This document shows positions 25,030 to 37,760 of a DNA stretch of 60,611 nt, in pieces (positions within the stretch are counted from its first letter, which is position 1; every line of letters begins with the position of its first letter). The DNA comes from Selaginella moellendorffii (lineage: Eukaryota; Plantae; Lycopodiophyta): assembly GCF_000143415.4 (NCBI RefSeq), contig NW_003314411.1, positions 1 through 60,611 on the forward strand, given 5' to 3'. Made by a program: the position numbers and the translations under genes. The notes under the pieces are model-generated. The model saw only the letters and a program-made list of their open reading frames with translations. It was not told where the DNA came from and did no database searches.

Positions 25030-26599
25030 GATTGTTTAGACACCTTATAGGATCGCCTATAGCTCTAGATTTAGGGTTTAGGGCATAGGGTTTCACATAT
25101 CTCTTCATATTTCTCTTCATATATCTCTTCATATATAGATTTAGGGTTTGGGATATAGATCCAGTTTAGGGTATAGGGTTTCACATATCTCTTCATGGTA
25201 TCGGAGCCCTGAGGGCTCTAGATCCTGGGATGATGGTGCTGGCTGAGGAAGCTAGCGAGGATGACGATGAGTGACTAGATGTGGCTGAGAGGTGCCAAGA
25301 TTTGGCACTGCACTGCACTGAGCGCCAAGATAACAGCACCAGCAAGCTGAGCAAGGCGCTAGGGCGTGATCTAGCAGAGACTGGCCCGAAGGCACTGGCA
25401 GAGGCACTGAGAGAGGGCTGGCGCGAGGCACCGAGCAGAGGTGAGCGCTGGGCACCCTGTAGGGTAGAGGTGCGAGGCTGCAGGCAGAGGTGCGAGGGCT
25501 TGGAGCACTGAGTGAGGCACTAGCGTGAGAGAGTGGCCTAAGGCATTGGCAGAGGTGCTGAGAGGAAGCACCGAGCAGAGACTGCACTAGGGTGCTGAGC
25601 AAGGCACTGGCAGAGTTGCTAAGAGAGGGCAGAGACTGCATTAGGGCGCTGAGCAAGGTGCTAGGGTGTGCGATGCCCTGCAAAGACTGGACAGAGGCAC
25701 TGACAGAGGTGCCAGACACTTGACACTGGCCGAAGGTGAGTGCTGAGTGTAGAGGCACAAGGGCTTGGAGTGCTAGGACTGGATAGAGGAGCACGTATGG
25801 AGCGTTAGAGTGCTGTCCAGAGGCAAGCAGGCAGAGGCAATGCTGAGTGCTGGGCTGTGAGAGGGCTCTGTAGCAGAGGAAGAGAGCTGTTAGGGCTCTG
25901 GCCGAAGAGGCTTGATCGAGGTTGAGATGATGGGAGCTTCAACTGAGGACGGTGAGAGATCAGAGGTATTCCTTGGTCCATCCTTGCTGTGTTTAAACAA
26001 GTGTTTCTTGAAAGGGAGATCTTGATAAGCGGCCATCGGACAACCCAGGAGGCAGAGTTATAGGTTCTTGAGAGGGAGACAGATTCCTATCATGGATACG
26101 AAAGAGTGCTTGGATGCAGAAGGAGAGTGATCTCAGATTCATGTTATCAATACGAGAGAGTGCTTAGATGCAGAGGGAGAGTGATCTTAGATTCATGTCA
26201 TCTAAATCGAGAGGGAGTGTTGAGGTATACACTCTCTATGACATGATCCTAGGTGGCAAGCATGCCATTTCATTGATCCAGGTGTAGGCTAGAGACATGT
26301 CTCTTGATTATGTATATATAACTATGATATTATATATGATTATCCTTTGAGTCATCCTTGTCCATCATAACTTCCACTCTTCTTCTTTCATAAAATAGAT
26401 ATACAGAAGCTACAATAGACAAGAATGACTCAAAGGATAATCATATATAACATTATAGTTATATATACATGATCAAGAGACACACCTTTAACCTAGTAAC
26501 ATTATGTCATAGAAAGCATATACCTCAACACTCCCTCTCGATCTCAATAACATGAATCTAAATTATCCTTGTCTATCATAGGTTCTGCATATCTCTTCA
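25030..26599 (+). mobile_element. Small non-autonomous copia/TRIM-like LTR element inserted in the aminopeptidase P pseudogene
   Basis: LTR end catatctcttCA followed by PBS TGGTATCGGAGC (25196-25207). PPT-like GAGAGGGAG-TGTTG at about 26209-26222. Second catatctcttca at about 26588-26599. Low-complexity GC-rich interior. Confidence 0.6.
26187..26561. repeat. Long imperfect inverted repeat (foldback)
   Basis: Arms about 26187-26375 and 26406-26561 are reverse complements (e.g. gagagggagtgttgaggtata / tatacctcaacactccctctc). Confidence 0.85.
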
Positions 26600-26694
26600 A
26601 CCTAAAAGTTAAAGAACAACATATAAGTCAAAGTGAAGCATTCCCACAAAGATGCCACCAATCATGCAATGACCGGCAAAAGAAAAAAAAAAAA

Positions 26695-27290
26695 CATAAC
26701 TGAAGCACTCGGCTATAAATTCACTCCGCATATGCAGCAGTGAGCTACTTACAGAAAGGAAAAGAGGAAACAAGAAAAAAAAATCCTAGACTCCTTTTTC
26801 TCTTTCTCAAGGAAGACGCAAGTACCTGGTGAGCGTCCTCCGAAGGCACGATGTAAGCTTGGACACCCGATTCGCTCATCAATTTCCTCAAATCCGCCAG
26901 CTTCTTAAATTCCTTGTCTTTGACATTCTTCCTCGCATTCCTGACGGACGAAGGCTCTGCCGTGATCCCGGGCCCCGGATTCCTGGATCCCGAACACAAT
27001 GCTGTGGGATTTCGCCTTCGAGATGGAAATCGAAGAGGAGCGTCTGATTCCAGCGCCAATGCCCCTGCGCGCGGCAGCAGCTGCGAGAACCGAATGGCGG
27101 CCCGGGCGATTGGAAATCCAAATACACCTCAGCAATCACGCGCTCCCGAGCAGCACCATCGCGGGAGGGCGAGAAGCCCTAGAGCTTGAACAAAATTTTT
27201 CTTCACCTCCATTTTTTAACCAGCTCTCAGATCTGGAGCTCGATTCCAAGGACGAAAACAATTCGATAAACATCATGTTATCAATGGGAC
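26695..27290 (-). pseudogene. Aminopeptidase P 5' fragment (copy 1)
   Basis: KLADLRKLMSESGVQAYIVPSEDAHQ | SEFIAECF, then truncated. Confidence 0.8.
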
Positions 27291-27674
27291 TATTTTCTCC
27301 AAATGTGACAATTGACTAGCTTTCTTTTAAGTATTATTCTGAGGACTTAGTCTTTGCCATTAATGTTCACCATAAAAAATTTAAGAAATAAGACTTTTAA
27401 AAAACTCACAACAGACTATTTCTCCAAATGTGACAATTGACTAGTAAATTTTTTATGGAAGCTTACCTTGTTAAACATTAATGGCTGTTAACACAAAGAC
27501 TGAGTCCCCAGAATAATAATTTAAATTTTTCATAAACGAAAAAGAGAGAAATAAGACTTTAAAAAACTCACAACAACCTTTCAAAAGAAGTCAACTGAAG
27601 TCTGGATTGAGCAAGATATATTCAAGAGGCTAATGTTAAACTTGTGCAGTGAGTGCTTCGTTCCTTCTGGCAGC

Positions 27675-29523
27675 ATGGAGCTCTTCCTGCAGTCCTGGAT
27701 TGCTCTGTACTTTCTCGTGTTTCTACTCTCTTTGTGGCTAATCTCCCGAAAGTTCTACAAATCATCCACGATCAAGCTCCCGCCAGGAAGCCATGGCTTG
27801 CCTCTTGTCGGAGAATCTCTCTCTCTCTTTTGGAGATCCCCTCTAGACTTCCTCAGCACTCGACGCAAACGGTTCTTCTGTGACTTTCGCTTCGATTTTA
27901 CTTTAACTAAATGTGATCATTTTACAGATTTGGAGGAGTTTTCTGGAGTAACTTGCTTGGATCTCCCACCATCGTTGCAACAACGGTAGAGTCGGCCAAG
28001 TTCTTCCTCAGCTGCGCTGACTGTGGCCCCTCGGGTTTGTTTGCCCGATTGATTGGGCCAAAATCTTTAAGCGAGGTCATCGGGAGTGAGCATGCCCTCT
28101 ACCGGAGAATCCTTCTGGGGATGATGGTTCCAGAGACGCTCAAGTGCCACGTCCAAATGATTGATACCTTGGCTCAGGAGACTCTCGAGTCGTGGGGGTC
28201 GAAAAAGACGGTGTCGGTTATGGAAGAAACTGTCAAGGTTTTCATCACGTCTTTGTGTCGCTTGATCGTTTGATCTGGTTTTATACTCTTGCCAGTTTAG
28301 CTACTGCACGGTGATTGGATTAGTGTGCCAGAAACTCCTGCCCTCCACTCCGGCGATGATCGATCTCATGCGAGACGTCCAAACGATAGAGAATGGGGTG
28401 CTCCAGTTTCCAATCGACTTACCCTTCTCACCTTATCGCAAAGCCTTACAGGTTTTTGCGTGGCTTTTTTATCTTTTAATTCTGGATCTATTGTTGTAAT
28501 TGAGCAGGCCAGGGCAAGGCTGCACAGATTCTTGGATGGGCTCATCAACGAGAGAAGGACCGAACTAGCTGCCAATGGTGAAACGGACAAAGACGCGCTG
28601 GACGAGTTTATTATGCACAAAGATGACAAGGTTGGATTCCTCTCGAATCAACAAGTGGAGACAATCTCATGACAATGCTGTTCGGAGGCCACCACACCAC
28701 AGCTCTTGCTCTCGTGTGGTTGATCAAACACTTGAATGAGAACCCACAAGCTTTCAAGGAAGTGGAGGTTATTATTATTGTTATTATTATTATTATGATT
28801 TTTTAAAAATCTGTTTTGATTTCTAGGAGGAGCAAAGGAGAATACTTCTTGGTAAAAGCTCCACCAAGTACAGCTTAACTTGGGAAGACACACGACAGAT
28901 GCCAGCCACTCTAAGGGTTGTGGACTAAGCTCCAATTTTATGTTAGATTTAATTGGAGTGGTTTTGCAGGCTGTTCATGAAAGTCTGAGGCTTTCTAATG
29001 TTGTGGGGGTGGTGACACGTAAAATCACTAAGGATATCAGCTACAAAGGTTTTATTACATATGATTGAAGCTAATTCCAATTGTTTGTCTACTTTGTTGG
29101 TGTTAACAGGTTACACCTTGCCCAAAGATTGGATGATTCATGTCTATATGCCACCAATCCACTTAGATGACAGCATTTACCCCAATGCAGCAAAGTTTAA
29201 TCCATCCAGATTTGAAGTATGGTATTTTTCATGTTTATACTTAACCAAACCTTTTATTTTAGGTTCCAGCTAAAACTGGCACATTTATTCCATTTGGCTA
29301 TGGAGATAGAATATGCCCAGGAAGAGCATTAAGTCAGTTAGAGCAAATGATTTTCATACACAGGCTTATCACAAAATACAGGTAAATTCTCTTGCTCCTC
29401 TGTTGTCAACAAATTGTAATCTTTGATTGAAGATGGGAGCCTGTCAATCCAAACAGTAAAACAAGCTACTGGCCAATGCCATCCGTGAAAGATGGATACC
29501 TCGTACATGCTATGTCCATTTAG
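27675..29523 (+). pseudogene. Cytochrome P450, CYP85 clan, copy 1 (frameshifted)
   Basis: Same 9-exon structure as copy 2, but a 1-nt deletion at about 28659 (gtggagacaat vs gtggaagacaat) lies before the I-helix. Confidence 0.85.
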
Positions 29524-29694
29524 AAAGAAATAACAAGAAAATAAGCCTTAACTGATATTTAGGGTTAGACCAAGTAAATTCTGCACAATAAGATGATTTC
29601 TATTCAAATTCCAAATGATCTTCACAGAAGTCAATAAGATAAATCAAACGTGTTTGCGCATGCAGGTCTCGAACCTATTTCTATACTTCTGTTT

Positions 29695-29760
29695 TGGCCC
29701 ATGCAGGTTTCCAACTTGCGGTTTTTAGCGGCACGCTATGACCCACTAAGCTAATAGGCC
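29695..29760 (-). pseudogene. tRNA-Ile(AAT)-derived remnant
   Basis: Reverse complement GGCCTATTAGCTTAGTGGGTCATAGCGT...CATGGGCCA, with internal deletions. Confidence 0.75.
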
Positions 29761-29789
29761 TTTGTTCTGATTACAAATGTTGACGCCTT

Positions 29790-31100
29790 CTCTCTCGCAG
29801 CGTCCAGCAAATCGGCCATGCATTCGTTGTGCTCCACTCCAGGACTCGTTCCATACCTGGAGCTCATCGACTTCAGAAGCTCACGGCCCCTCTCCACGAG
29901 CCCGGCATGACTACAAGCATCCCGCCAGGAGGCCCTCGTCCATCATCCCACCAAAGAGATGGAAAACCTCTCCCGGCGTGACTATTTCCTGCCAGCGACA
30001 TCCAAGTTACCAAGTTCCTCTCTGGAAGCGAATCGAAATACCTCGTGAGCTCTGGACACCATCCCGGACGCCAAGTCCACGAGTTTGCTGCCGACCTGTG
30101 TCTCGCACTCTACACAAGTATCAGCGTGGAAGGTGCCGGTTTCGATCGAAACTCCGTCCCGGCAGGCTCCCAGTGCTGCGACGAACGAGGCCGAGTTCAG
30201 ATGGCATCCTTCATGTCGCATTGGATCAAAGAGCAAGCCTTTTTCACCTTCACTATTTTCAACGTATCCCGCCAGGACGCCGCTCCATTCCATCGAAGGG
30301 GCGGCCTGCGTACATGTCCACCAAGTTGTTCGTGAGGAAGAGGTCGCAGCAGCCATACCTGATAGCTTCCGACTGTACGGTCCATAGAGTTTATCTGAAC
30401 TTGATTGGTGCTGGATTTCTTCTTTCGCTGCGAGGCCGGTGCAAGCTTTCGATGCAGCAAGAAAGCTCCGAGCATTTGGTCGGCAGTTTCTCGCTCTGGA
30501 CAGCGCTCATGCTGGGATACGCAGAAAATCGCGAAGAAGATCTGGAACGGAGGCTGTTTACAGAGCTAAGACCGCCAAAGAACGACGTTGCATGACTCCA
30601 GTTTGTCGATCCTCTGGGCTCCCACACTTGGAGTACGCATGCTGGCCATGAGCAGGCTGGTGTCAAGTCCTCTTCTCGCCGCCTAGGCATGAACAGCCAT
30701 GCCTTTCTCCAAAGCAAAAGCTTTGATGAGCCTCACTTCTTTCTACTGCAAGCCTTGAGAACTGCCACAAAACTCAGATGATCCGGTTGGAGCCGAGTCG
30801 AGAGACATCGAGAGAAAACCTCAAAGGCCACTTCTTCTTCGAGGTTCGTTGCATATCCCAGCACTAGGGAGACCGTGTTTGGAGAGATGATCTTCTCAAA
30901 AGCTCTGCGAGCATCGGCCATGCTCCCACACTTAGTGTACATATCCACCGACGTGTTTCCAACAGAAACATCACTCTCGAGCTACTGGGAAGAAATTTCT
31001 GGAATCCTCTTGCGGAAGCTCGCTTACCTGATTTCGAGAGAAATCTGGCGGCTGGATCGGTCGCGTCATTCCATTCTTCGCGGGGAAAAATGCTAGAAAG
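29790..31100 (-). pseudogene. Inverted, deletion-riddled copy of the PLS PPR gene (51.6-53.6 kb)
   Basis: Patches such as SASFVAALGACRDGVSIETG and DMYTKCGSMADARRAFEKI; frameshifts; retains the intron donor. Confidence 0.9.
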
Positions 31101-31109
31101 CTCTGCACT

Positions 31110-32040
31110 GCTCGAAGAATTTTAGCGAGAGCAAGCTGCCATTGCCCGAGAGCAAGAAGAGAAAGAGCGCCCGAGCGGTATCTTCTTTGTATTCCCCTTA
31201 GCTATCTTTAACTGAGAATGCATGCGTTTCAGGAATCGATGTTGCTGAAAATCTATCGCTGCGGTACAAGCATTTTTCCATTTTAAGGCTCTAAACTCAA
31301 GAGAAACGTATCTCAGAGAACTCAGTAGTTTCATCGTCAAACAAAGTCGTTTGACCCCGTGGAAGACGATGAGAATTGTAAGAAACCTCACATGGTCAGT
31401 CGGTTTATCAAGGAAGACTCAAATCTGAATGGTTTCATGGCGATCCAACACCCGAGGCCACCACACAACCTACTTCGTTCATTTGCCACCTTTCGGTTCT
31501 GCTGCTATCGGGCGCAGGAAACCTAAGGCTTGGAAGTGGGATTTCCAACCGCTTCTACGAGTGATCAGGAGATACCACGAGTGCATGGGCCCAGTCCGGA
31601 CCAAACGAGCCTCGGCAACCTGGTCGAGCTCGAGAAATCCGGCAAGCACAGGCAAACAAACACGAAGCAAACAAGGTGAATACCGTTACCTTATGACAGT
31701 GCCTTAACACCGGCGTTCTAAGGATGGGGATCGTGTTGGAGGCGTGTAGAACGGCGTCCGAGTTTATCCGAGACAAAGATCGCAACAAATGTATGCTGGT
31801 AAGTTTCCATTTGGTTTGTAACTCCGAGAAATCTCTCTTTCCATCGGTGGGTTGTTCGTATGCAAATGGCAAGGGCACTGGCATGACAATATCATCCATG
31901 GGAACGTACCGTTTTAATCGTCAAGCCAAGCATTCCACTCGGGCTCCATGCTGCAAGGAAGACCCAGCCGACACTTCTGAAAAACTTCGAGGCATGGCGA
32001 GTGATTCGTCCGGCTCGTTTTTGAGATTCTCCCTATCCAT
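31110..32040 (+). pseudogene. Fragmented inverted copy of ARC3
   Basis: GIVLEACRTASEFIRDKDRN and MORN fragments matching 48900-51400. Confidence 0.8.
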
Positions 32041-32311
32041 CCTTGATCGCGTGATTCTTCCTTCTTTCTAGCCTCCACCGCCATCGACGCGCAACGCCCT
32101 CGGCCCTGGAGCGAACTAGTTCCTGATGTGCCAGCATTCAGGCTGGATATTTGGGCGCGGCCGAGCGATTGTTCTGAGATGGCGGATTTCCAATCCGAGG
32201 AGAGATTTCCTGCCCCAGCATTGGACGAGGCGGCGGTGGAAGGAAGAGCATTGAAAGGTGAGAGAGATCTAAACAACCTGGAATTTTCTAGCATAGAAAG
32301 TAGGTTATATA

Positions 32312-33720
32312 ATGGGCCTGGATGGCCTCGTGGGCGATGGAACCAGGGCTATCGCTGCGTTTTGGAAGCCGGATCCCGCGACTCTGTGTATTGGCGACGG
32401 TGTGCTGCTCGCGGATGCAACTGGAACCTCCATCTTCGACGTGGAATCCACCGGCAGACGGCAGTCAGGAGTGGCCTGGGCGATGGCAGCTCCAAAGACG
32501 CAGCCATGCCCATCACTGCTGAAGAAGAAGAAGTACAAATACCAAATTGGGCAGAGATGAGCCGCAAGCGGCTCGAGGCATCGCGGCAGCTGGACGAAGA
32601 GTTCCGCCGGGTGTTCTTCAAGGCCGAGGGAGCTATCCACGCTTACCACAACCGGGTAAAGGAAGCAGCCGACGATATCCGGGTGCTCGAGGCCGAGGCG
32701 AGCAAGTTCATCGGCTGGTTCTATCGCGTGGGTCGCCAGGATGACGAGGAGCTCGACGCCACAAACAGGTGCGGAATGGTGACGCTGGTGAGGCCGGATG
32801 GAACTTGCGTCACGAGCTACGCTTGCATGAAGAAGAAGGCGGAGGAGGAATCCGATGGCAAGCGCTACGTTGTGTGCGTGGACGGGAGGCGATACGAGTG
32901 CGTGTCAGAGGTGGCGGGTGGAGTGGGAGTTTTAACTCCCGCGCAGGGATGCTCCCAGAGCTTCTCGGCCTGCGCGGTGGTGGCGCCGATGCCAGGGCCG
33001 TGGGGGCCAGGATCGAGTGTGGAGCGCCAGTGATGACTCCCAGGGGTAGCTTGACGGGCGTGGTGGTGGGATTTGGGAAGCTCAGGAATGACAAGAGGAG
33101 GTCCAAGAAACTAAAGCCGCCATACAATTTTCCCATCACCAAGGGAGACTTTGGGCCCTTCTTGGAAGGAGTGCCGGAATCCATCGCCAAAGGTAAGCAA
33201 GCTTGTTGAGGCATTTGGAGTGATTTTGTTTGTCAGCAGATTGCAGGGTCGGGGTGGAGGTGAGTTGCTTGGTGTACTACAATACCGTCGAATGCAAGAT
33301 TAGCTTCCCAGCTATCGAATGGAGGGTATGTTTCTACTATTATGATCCTTGTCAGTCAACTTACACACTTACGTGCAGCACAAGAACTACTTCAAAGCAG
33401 ATGGTACAATTGTTCGGTTAAGCTGCGTGGAACACCGTGATCGAATCCTTCGCCCTCGCGGGATTGGTAGAGCGGCGCAAGGTCGCGCTCGATAGGGATC
33501 AAGCCCGATGGATCCACGCTTTGGGACTCAATTCTTCCTGGGGATTTCGGCCTCGATCCGGGGAAAGAACACTATAGCTGCCTTGTATTCCATGGCGGCT
33601 GGATTGGAGGGAGCGGCGGAGAATGTGGTGCCCCGGAGTGGAGCGCCATACGTGATCTTGTCGAGCGCCATCGCCGTGGAATCCTTGAAACAATAGGATA
33701 TACTGCATAGGATGATTTTC
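32312..33720 (+). pseudogene. Uncharacterised gene with a trypsin-like-looking domain (copy 1, disrupted)
   Basis: Broken ORFs homologous to 41305-42860 and 47860-48496; ECGAPVMTPRGSLTGVVVG motif. Confidence 0.55.
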
Positions 33721-33759
33721 ATAAAAGAATAATATTTGAAAGATATCGTATATGAATAA

Positions 33760-34190
33760 AACGCGCCGGCGGACGATCCAGCAGCCCCGTCCATTGCGAT
33801 GATCCTGGCAATGGATCCAGCGAGGACGAAGACTATGTTGCCGGTGGCGAGCTCGGCACTCCAGGAGGAGGAGGTAGGCAAACACAGAAAAAAAATCGAT
33901 TTCTTTTCTTCCAGATCGACTTCGTCCGTGGTTTTCCAGGGAAATGATCACGCTGCTGTACGTGGTATCTTCTTCCATTCTTTTCTCTGTCGCTGGGATC
34001 TCTTAGATTTTATCGTGTGATAGTTTTGATGGTCTGTGAATGCAGGTGACTTGTTACCTATGCATATTTCATTGCTGCAAAATGTTTGCCAGTTTTGATG
34101 CAATGTAGCGCTTTTTGTCTTCCTGGTAACTTTTCTTTTCTTACTTTCTGGATTTTCACGCACATCGAATATTCTTCTAATGTATTCTTC
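33760..34190 (+). pseudogene. 3' fragment of the CHZ-domain gene
   Basis: Direct match to about 45998-46460. Confidence 0.85.
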
Positions 34191-35059
34191 CTATCCTCGC
34201 CGGCATTCGATTCTCTCAGCTGCTGCCTCGCGCAGGGGCCCTGCCGCCACAGTCTCCTGGAATCTTCTCCTCCAATCCTGGGCCTTCGGGAGGAAATGAT
34301 CCAATTGATCGTGCAGGGCGCTATCTGGCAAATCGATTCGTGCCATGCACCGGGACTTCATTGGGACGAGGAGCTCGACGCCAAAGTGTGTGGAATGGTG
34401 AGGGCTGGTGACTTGCATGAAGGCCAAGCCACACCACATATTAGGCTCGCCAAAAAATCTCTCTTTTGCCTCGCGAGCTTTTGTTTTGCATGGATGATGC
34501 TCCAAAAGGCCAGGTTTCAAAGCAGATGCCAACATTCCTCCGTAACAGACCATCTTTGGAAAGATAATAAGCTGGCATTTTGAAATTTATCTCTGGGAGC
34601 AAATGATATTCCAAAAGACCAGATTTCAATAAAATCTTTGCCTCGTTCCTGGCAGACCATCTTTACAAAGGTGACATGTCTCATCTCCTCGAACGTTTAC
34701 CTCGCAAAAATTCGAGCTCAAAAACACTCCGGTGATCCAGATGATAAGGAACGTCAAGGTGGAGCTAAGACATAGCCATCCTCGCACAAACCTTTGCAGG
34801 TTTCAGCTGAACATGTTTGGAACCGTTTGAAACGCGTTTGGTCTTGGAGCCGAACCTTCGCAAACTATTATACTTGAATGGGTGCCAGCAGTCAGGATGG
34901 AGATTCTGGTGAGGCCGAGCGATTGTTCTTGGTGATGTTCTTTCCTGAAGCCTCACAGCCTACAGCAATTCAATCAATCACGCAATCATGCATAGTACCT
35001 CAGACTGGCAAAAGAGAGTGTAGATGTTCTTGAGCACGGTGGTGGTATCGAATCAAGCG

Positions 35060-35490
35060 AAGTCTTTCTCAGCTCGCCTAGGTGAGCTGTGGAAGGAGCC
35101 ACTGCTGCCCGTTGCCAGACTTATACATCTCCGCGAACAAAATAAACACAGCTTTCCATCCAAACGTTGGCCTGCTCTTTACCATAGGCTGGGCCGGATC
35201 AAGTCCGCATTCTCAGACATTCATCTTGTGTACACATCACTGCCCTCAAATGCTTAGTCACTGGCTTTTCTCTTTAGAAACTCAAGCCTTACCTGGAAAG
35301 ACCATGATGCCTTCCATCAATACACCAGTGATCAATAATGGATAAATCATCCTGGTTGAGTCAGGACAATTGTTAATCACTGAGAGTTTTGCTAAACTGC
35401 TATCTGACCTAAAAGTTAAGAAGCATCAATTCAGAAAGTATTTTCCAATCCAAGTTGCAATCTCATCACCTTGAGTTTCCTACATCAACA
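35060..35490 (-). pseudogene. Coclaurine N-methyltransferase-like (CMAS family) 3' fragment
   Basis: Manual translation: ATWIGKYF | DDLSIIDHWCIDGRHH | AYGKEQANVW..AVFILFAEMYKSGNGQQW, with splice sites. Confidence 0.65.
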
Positions 35491-35624
35491 TATAAATCAA
35501 GGTGAAGCATTCCCCGCAAAGATGCCAATCATGCAATGACCGGCAAAAGATAAAAAACAAATATAACTTTGGTTAGAAAAATGCTCACGAAAAGAACAGG
35601 AGAAAGCATGAAGTTGAATCAATC

Positions 35625-36212
35625 ACCTGAAGATAGTATCGACCATCCGTCCAAAGCGCAGCCTTCTCCAAGGTGATCACAGCAGTTCCTGCGCTTCCCG
35701 TGAATCCTGAAACGTAAGCTCGTCGCGTGAAGCACTCGGCTATAAATTCACTCTGCATACGCAGCAGTGAGCTACTTACAAAAAAGAAAAGAGGAAACAA
35801 GAAAAAAAATTCCTAGACTCCTTTTCCTCTTTCTCAAGGAAGACGCAAGTACCTGGTGAGCGTCCTCCGAAGGCACGATGTGGACGAAGGCTCTGCCGTG
35901 ATCCCGGGCCCCGGATTCCTGGGTCCCGAACACAATGCTGTGAGATTTCGTCTTCGAGACGGTGGAAATCGAAGAGGAGCGTCTGATTCCGGCGCCAATG
36001 CCCCTGCGCGCGGCAGCAGCTGCGAGAACCGACTGGCGGCCCGGGCGATTGGAAATCCAAACACAGCTCAGCAATCGCTCGCTCCCGAGCGGCACCATCG
36101 CGGGAGCGAGGAGCCCTAGAGCTTGAACAAAATTTTCTTCAGCTCCATTGTTTGACCAGCTCTCAGATCTGGAGCTCGATTCCAAGGACGAGAACAATTC
36201 GATAAACATCAT
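35625..36212 (-). pseudogene. Aminopeptidase P 5' fragment (copy 2)
   Basis: IVPSEDAHQ | [42 protein letters not shown]; deletion in exon 1. Confidence 0.85.
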
Positions 36213-36637
36213 ATCAGAGGGGACCTAATGGGACTATTTCTCCAAATGTGACAATTGACTAGTAAATTTTGTATGGAAGCTTAACTTGTACATCATGAAC
36301 ATTAATGGCTGTTAGCACAAAGACTGAGTCCTCAGATTAATACTTTAAATTTTCCATTAAAAAAAAGAGAGAAATAAGACTTAGACTATTTCTCCAAATG
36401 TGACAATTGACTAGTAAACGTTGTATGGAAGCTTACCTTGTACATGATGAACATTAATGGCTGTTAGCACAAAGACTGAGTCCTCAGAATAATACGAACA
36501 AAAAAGTCAGAAGTAAGACTTTAAAAAAACTCACAACAACCTTTCGAAAGAAGCCAACTGAAGTCTGGTTTGTGCAGGATATATTCGAGAGGTTAATCTC
36601 AAACTTGTGCAGTGAGTGCTTCGTTCCTTCTCGCAGC

Positions 36638-37722
36638 ATGGAGCTTTTCCTGCAGTCCTGGAATGCTCTGTACTTTCTCGTGTTTCTACTCTCTTTGTGG
36701 CTAATCTCCCAAAAGTTCTACAAATCATCCACGATCAAGCTCCCGCCAGGAAGCCATGGCTTGCCTCTTGTCGGAGAATCTCTCTCTCTCTTTTGGGGAT
36801 CCCCTCTAGACTTCCTCAGCACTCGACGCAAACGGTTCTTTCGCTTCGATCTTGCTTTAACTAACTGTGATCATTTTACAGATTTGGAGGAGTTTTCTGG
36901 AGTAACTTGCTTGGATCTCCCACCATCGTTGCAACAACGGTAGGGTCGGCCAAGTTCTTCCTCAGCTGCGCTGACTGTGGCCCCTCGGGTTTGTTTGCCC
37001 GATTGATTGGGCCAAAATCTGCAAGCGAGGTCATCGGGAGTGAGCATGCGCTCTACCGGAGAATCATTCTGGGGATGATGGTTCCAGAGACGCTCAAGTG
37101 CCACGTCCAAATGATTGATATCTTGGCTCAGGAGACTCTCGAGTCGTGGGGGTCGAAAAAGACGGTGTCGGTTATGGAAGAAACTGTCAAGGTTTTCATC
37201 ACGTCTTTGTGTCGCTTGATCGTTTGATCTGGTTTTATACTCTTGCCAGTTTAGCTACTGCACGGTGATTGGATTAGTGTGCCAGAAACTCCTGCCCTCC
37301 ACTCCGGAGATGATCGATCTCATGCGAGACGTCCAAACGATAGAGAATGGGGTGCTCCAGTTTCCAATCAACTTACCCTTCTCACCTTATCGCAAAGCGT
37401 TACAGGTTTTTGCGTGATTTTTTTATCTTTTAATTCTGGATCTATTGTTGTAATTGAGCAGGCCAGGGCAAGGCTGCACAGATTCTTGGATGGGCTCATC
37501 AACGAGAGAAGGGCCGAACTAGCTGCCAATGGTGAAACGGACAAAGACGCGCTGGACGAGTTTATTACACACAAAGATGACAAGGTTGGATTCCTCTCGA
37601 ATCAACAAGTGGAAGACAATCTCATGACAATGCTGTTCGGAGGCCACCACACCACAGCTCTCGCTCTCATGTGGCTGATCAAACACTTGAATGAGAACCC
37701 ACAAGCTTTCAAGGAAGTGGAG

Positions 37723-37760
<38 letters not shown>

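Noticed and set aside
25252-25794. 180-aa Ala/Leu/Ser-rich ORF
   Set aside because: Low-complexity interior of the small LTR element with no domain.
27285-27450. Spaced repeats (ctatttctccaaatgtgacaattgactag) as a CRISPR-like array
   Set aside because: Eukaryotic context, two copies per block, explained by local tandem duplication (also 36230-36490).
29777-30595. Long plus-strand ORFs (also 38727-39752)
   Set aside because: Antisense frames of PPR pseudogenes; PPR-like words come from the micro-inversion.
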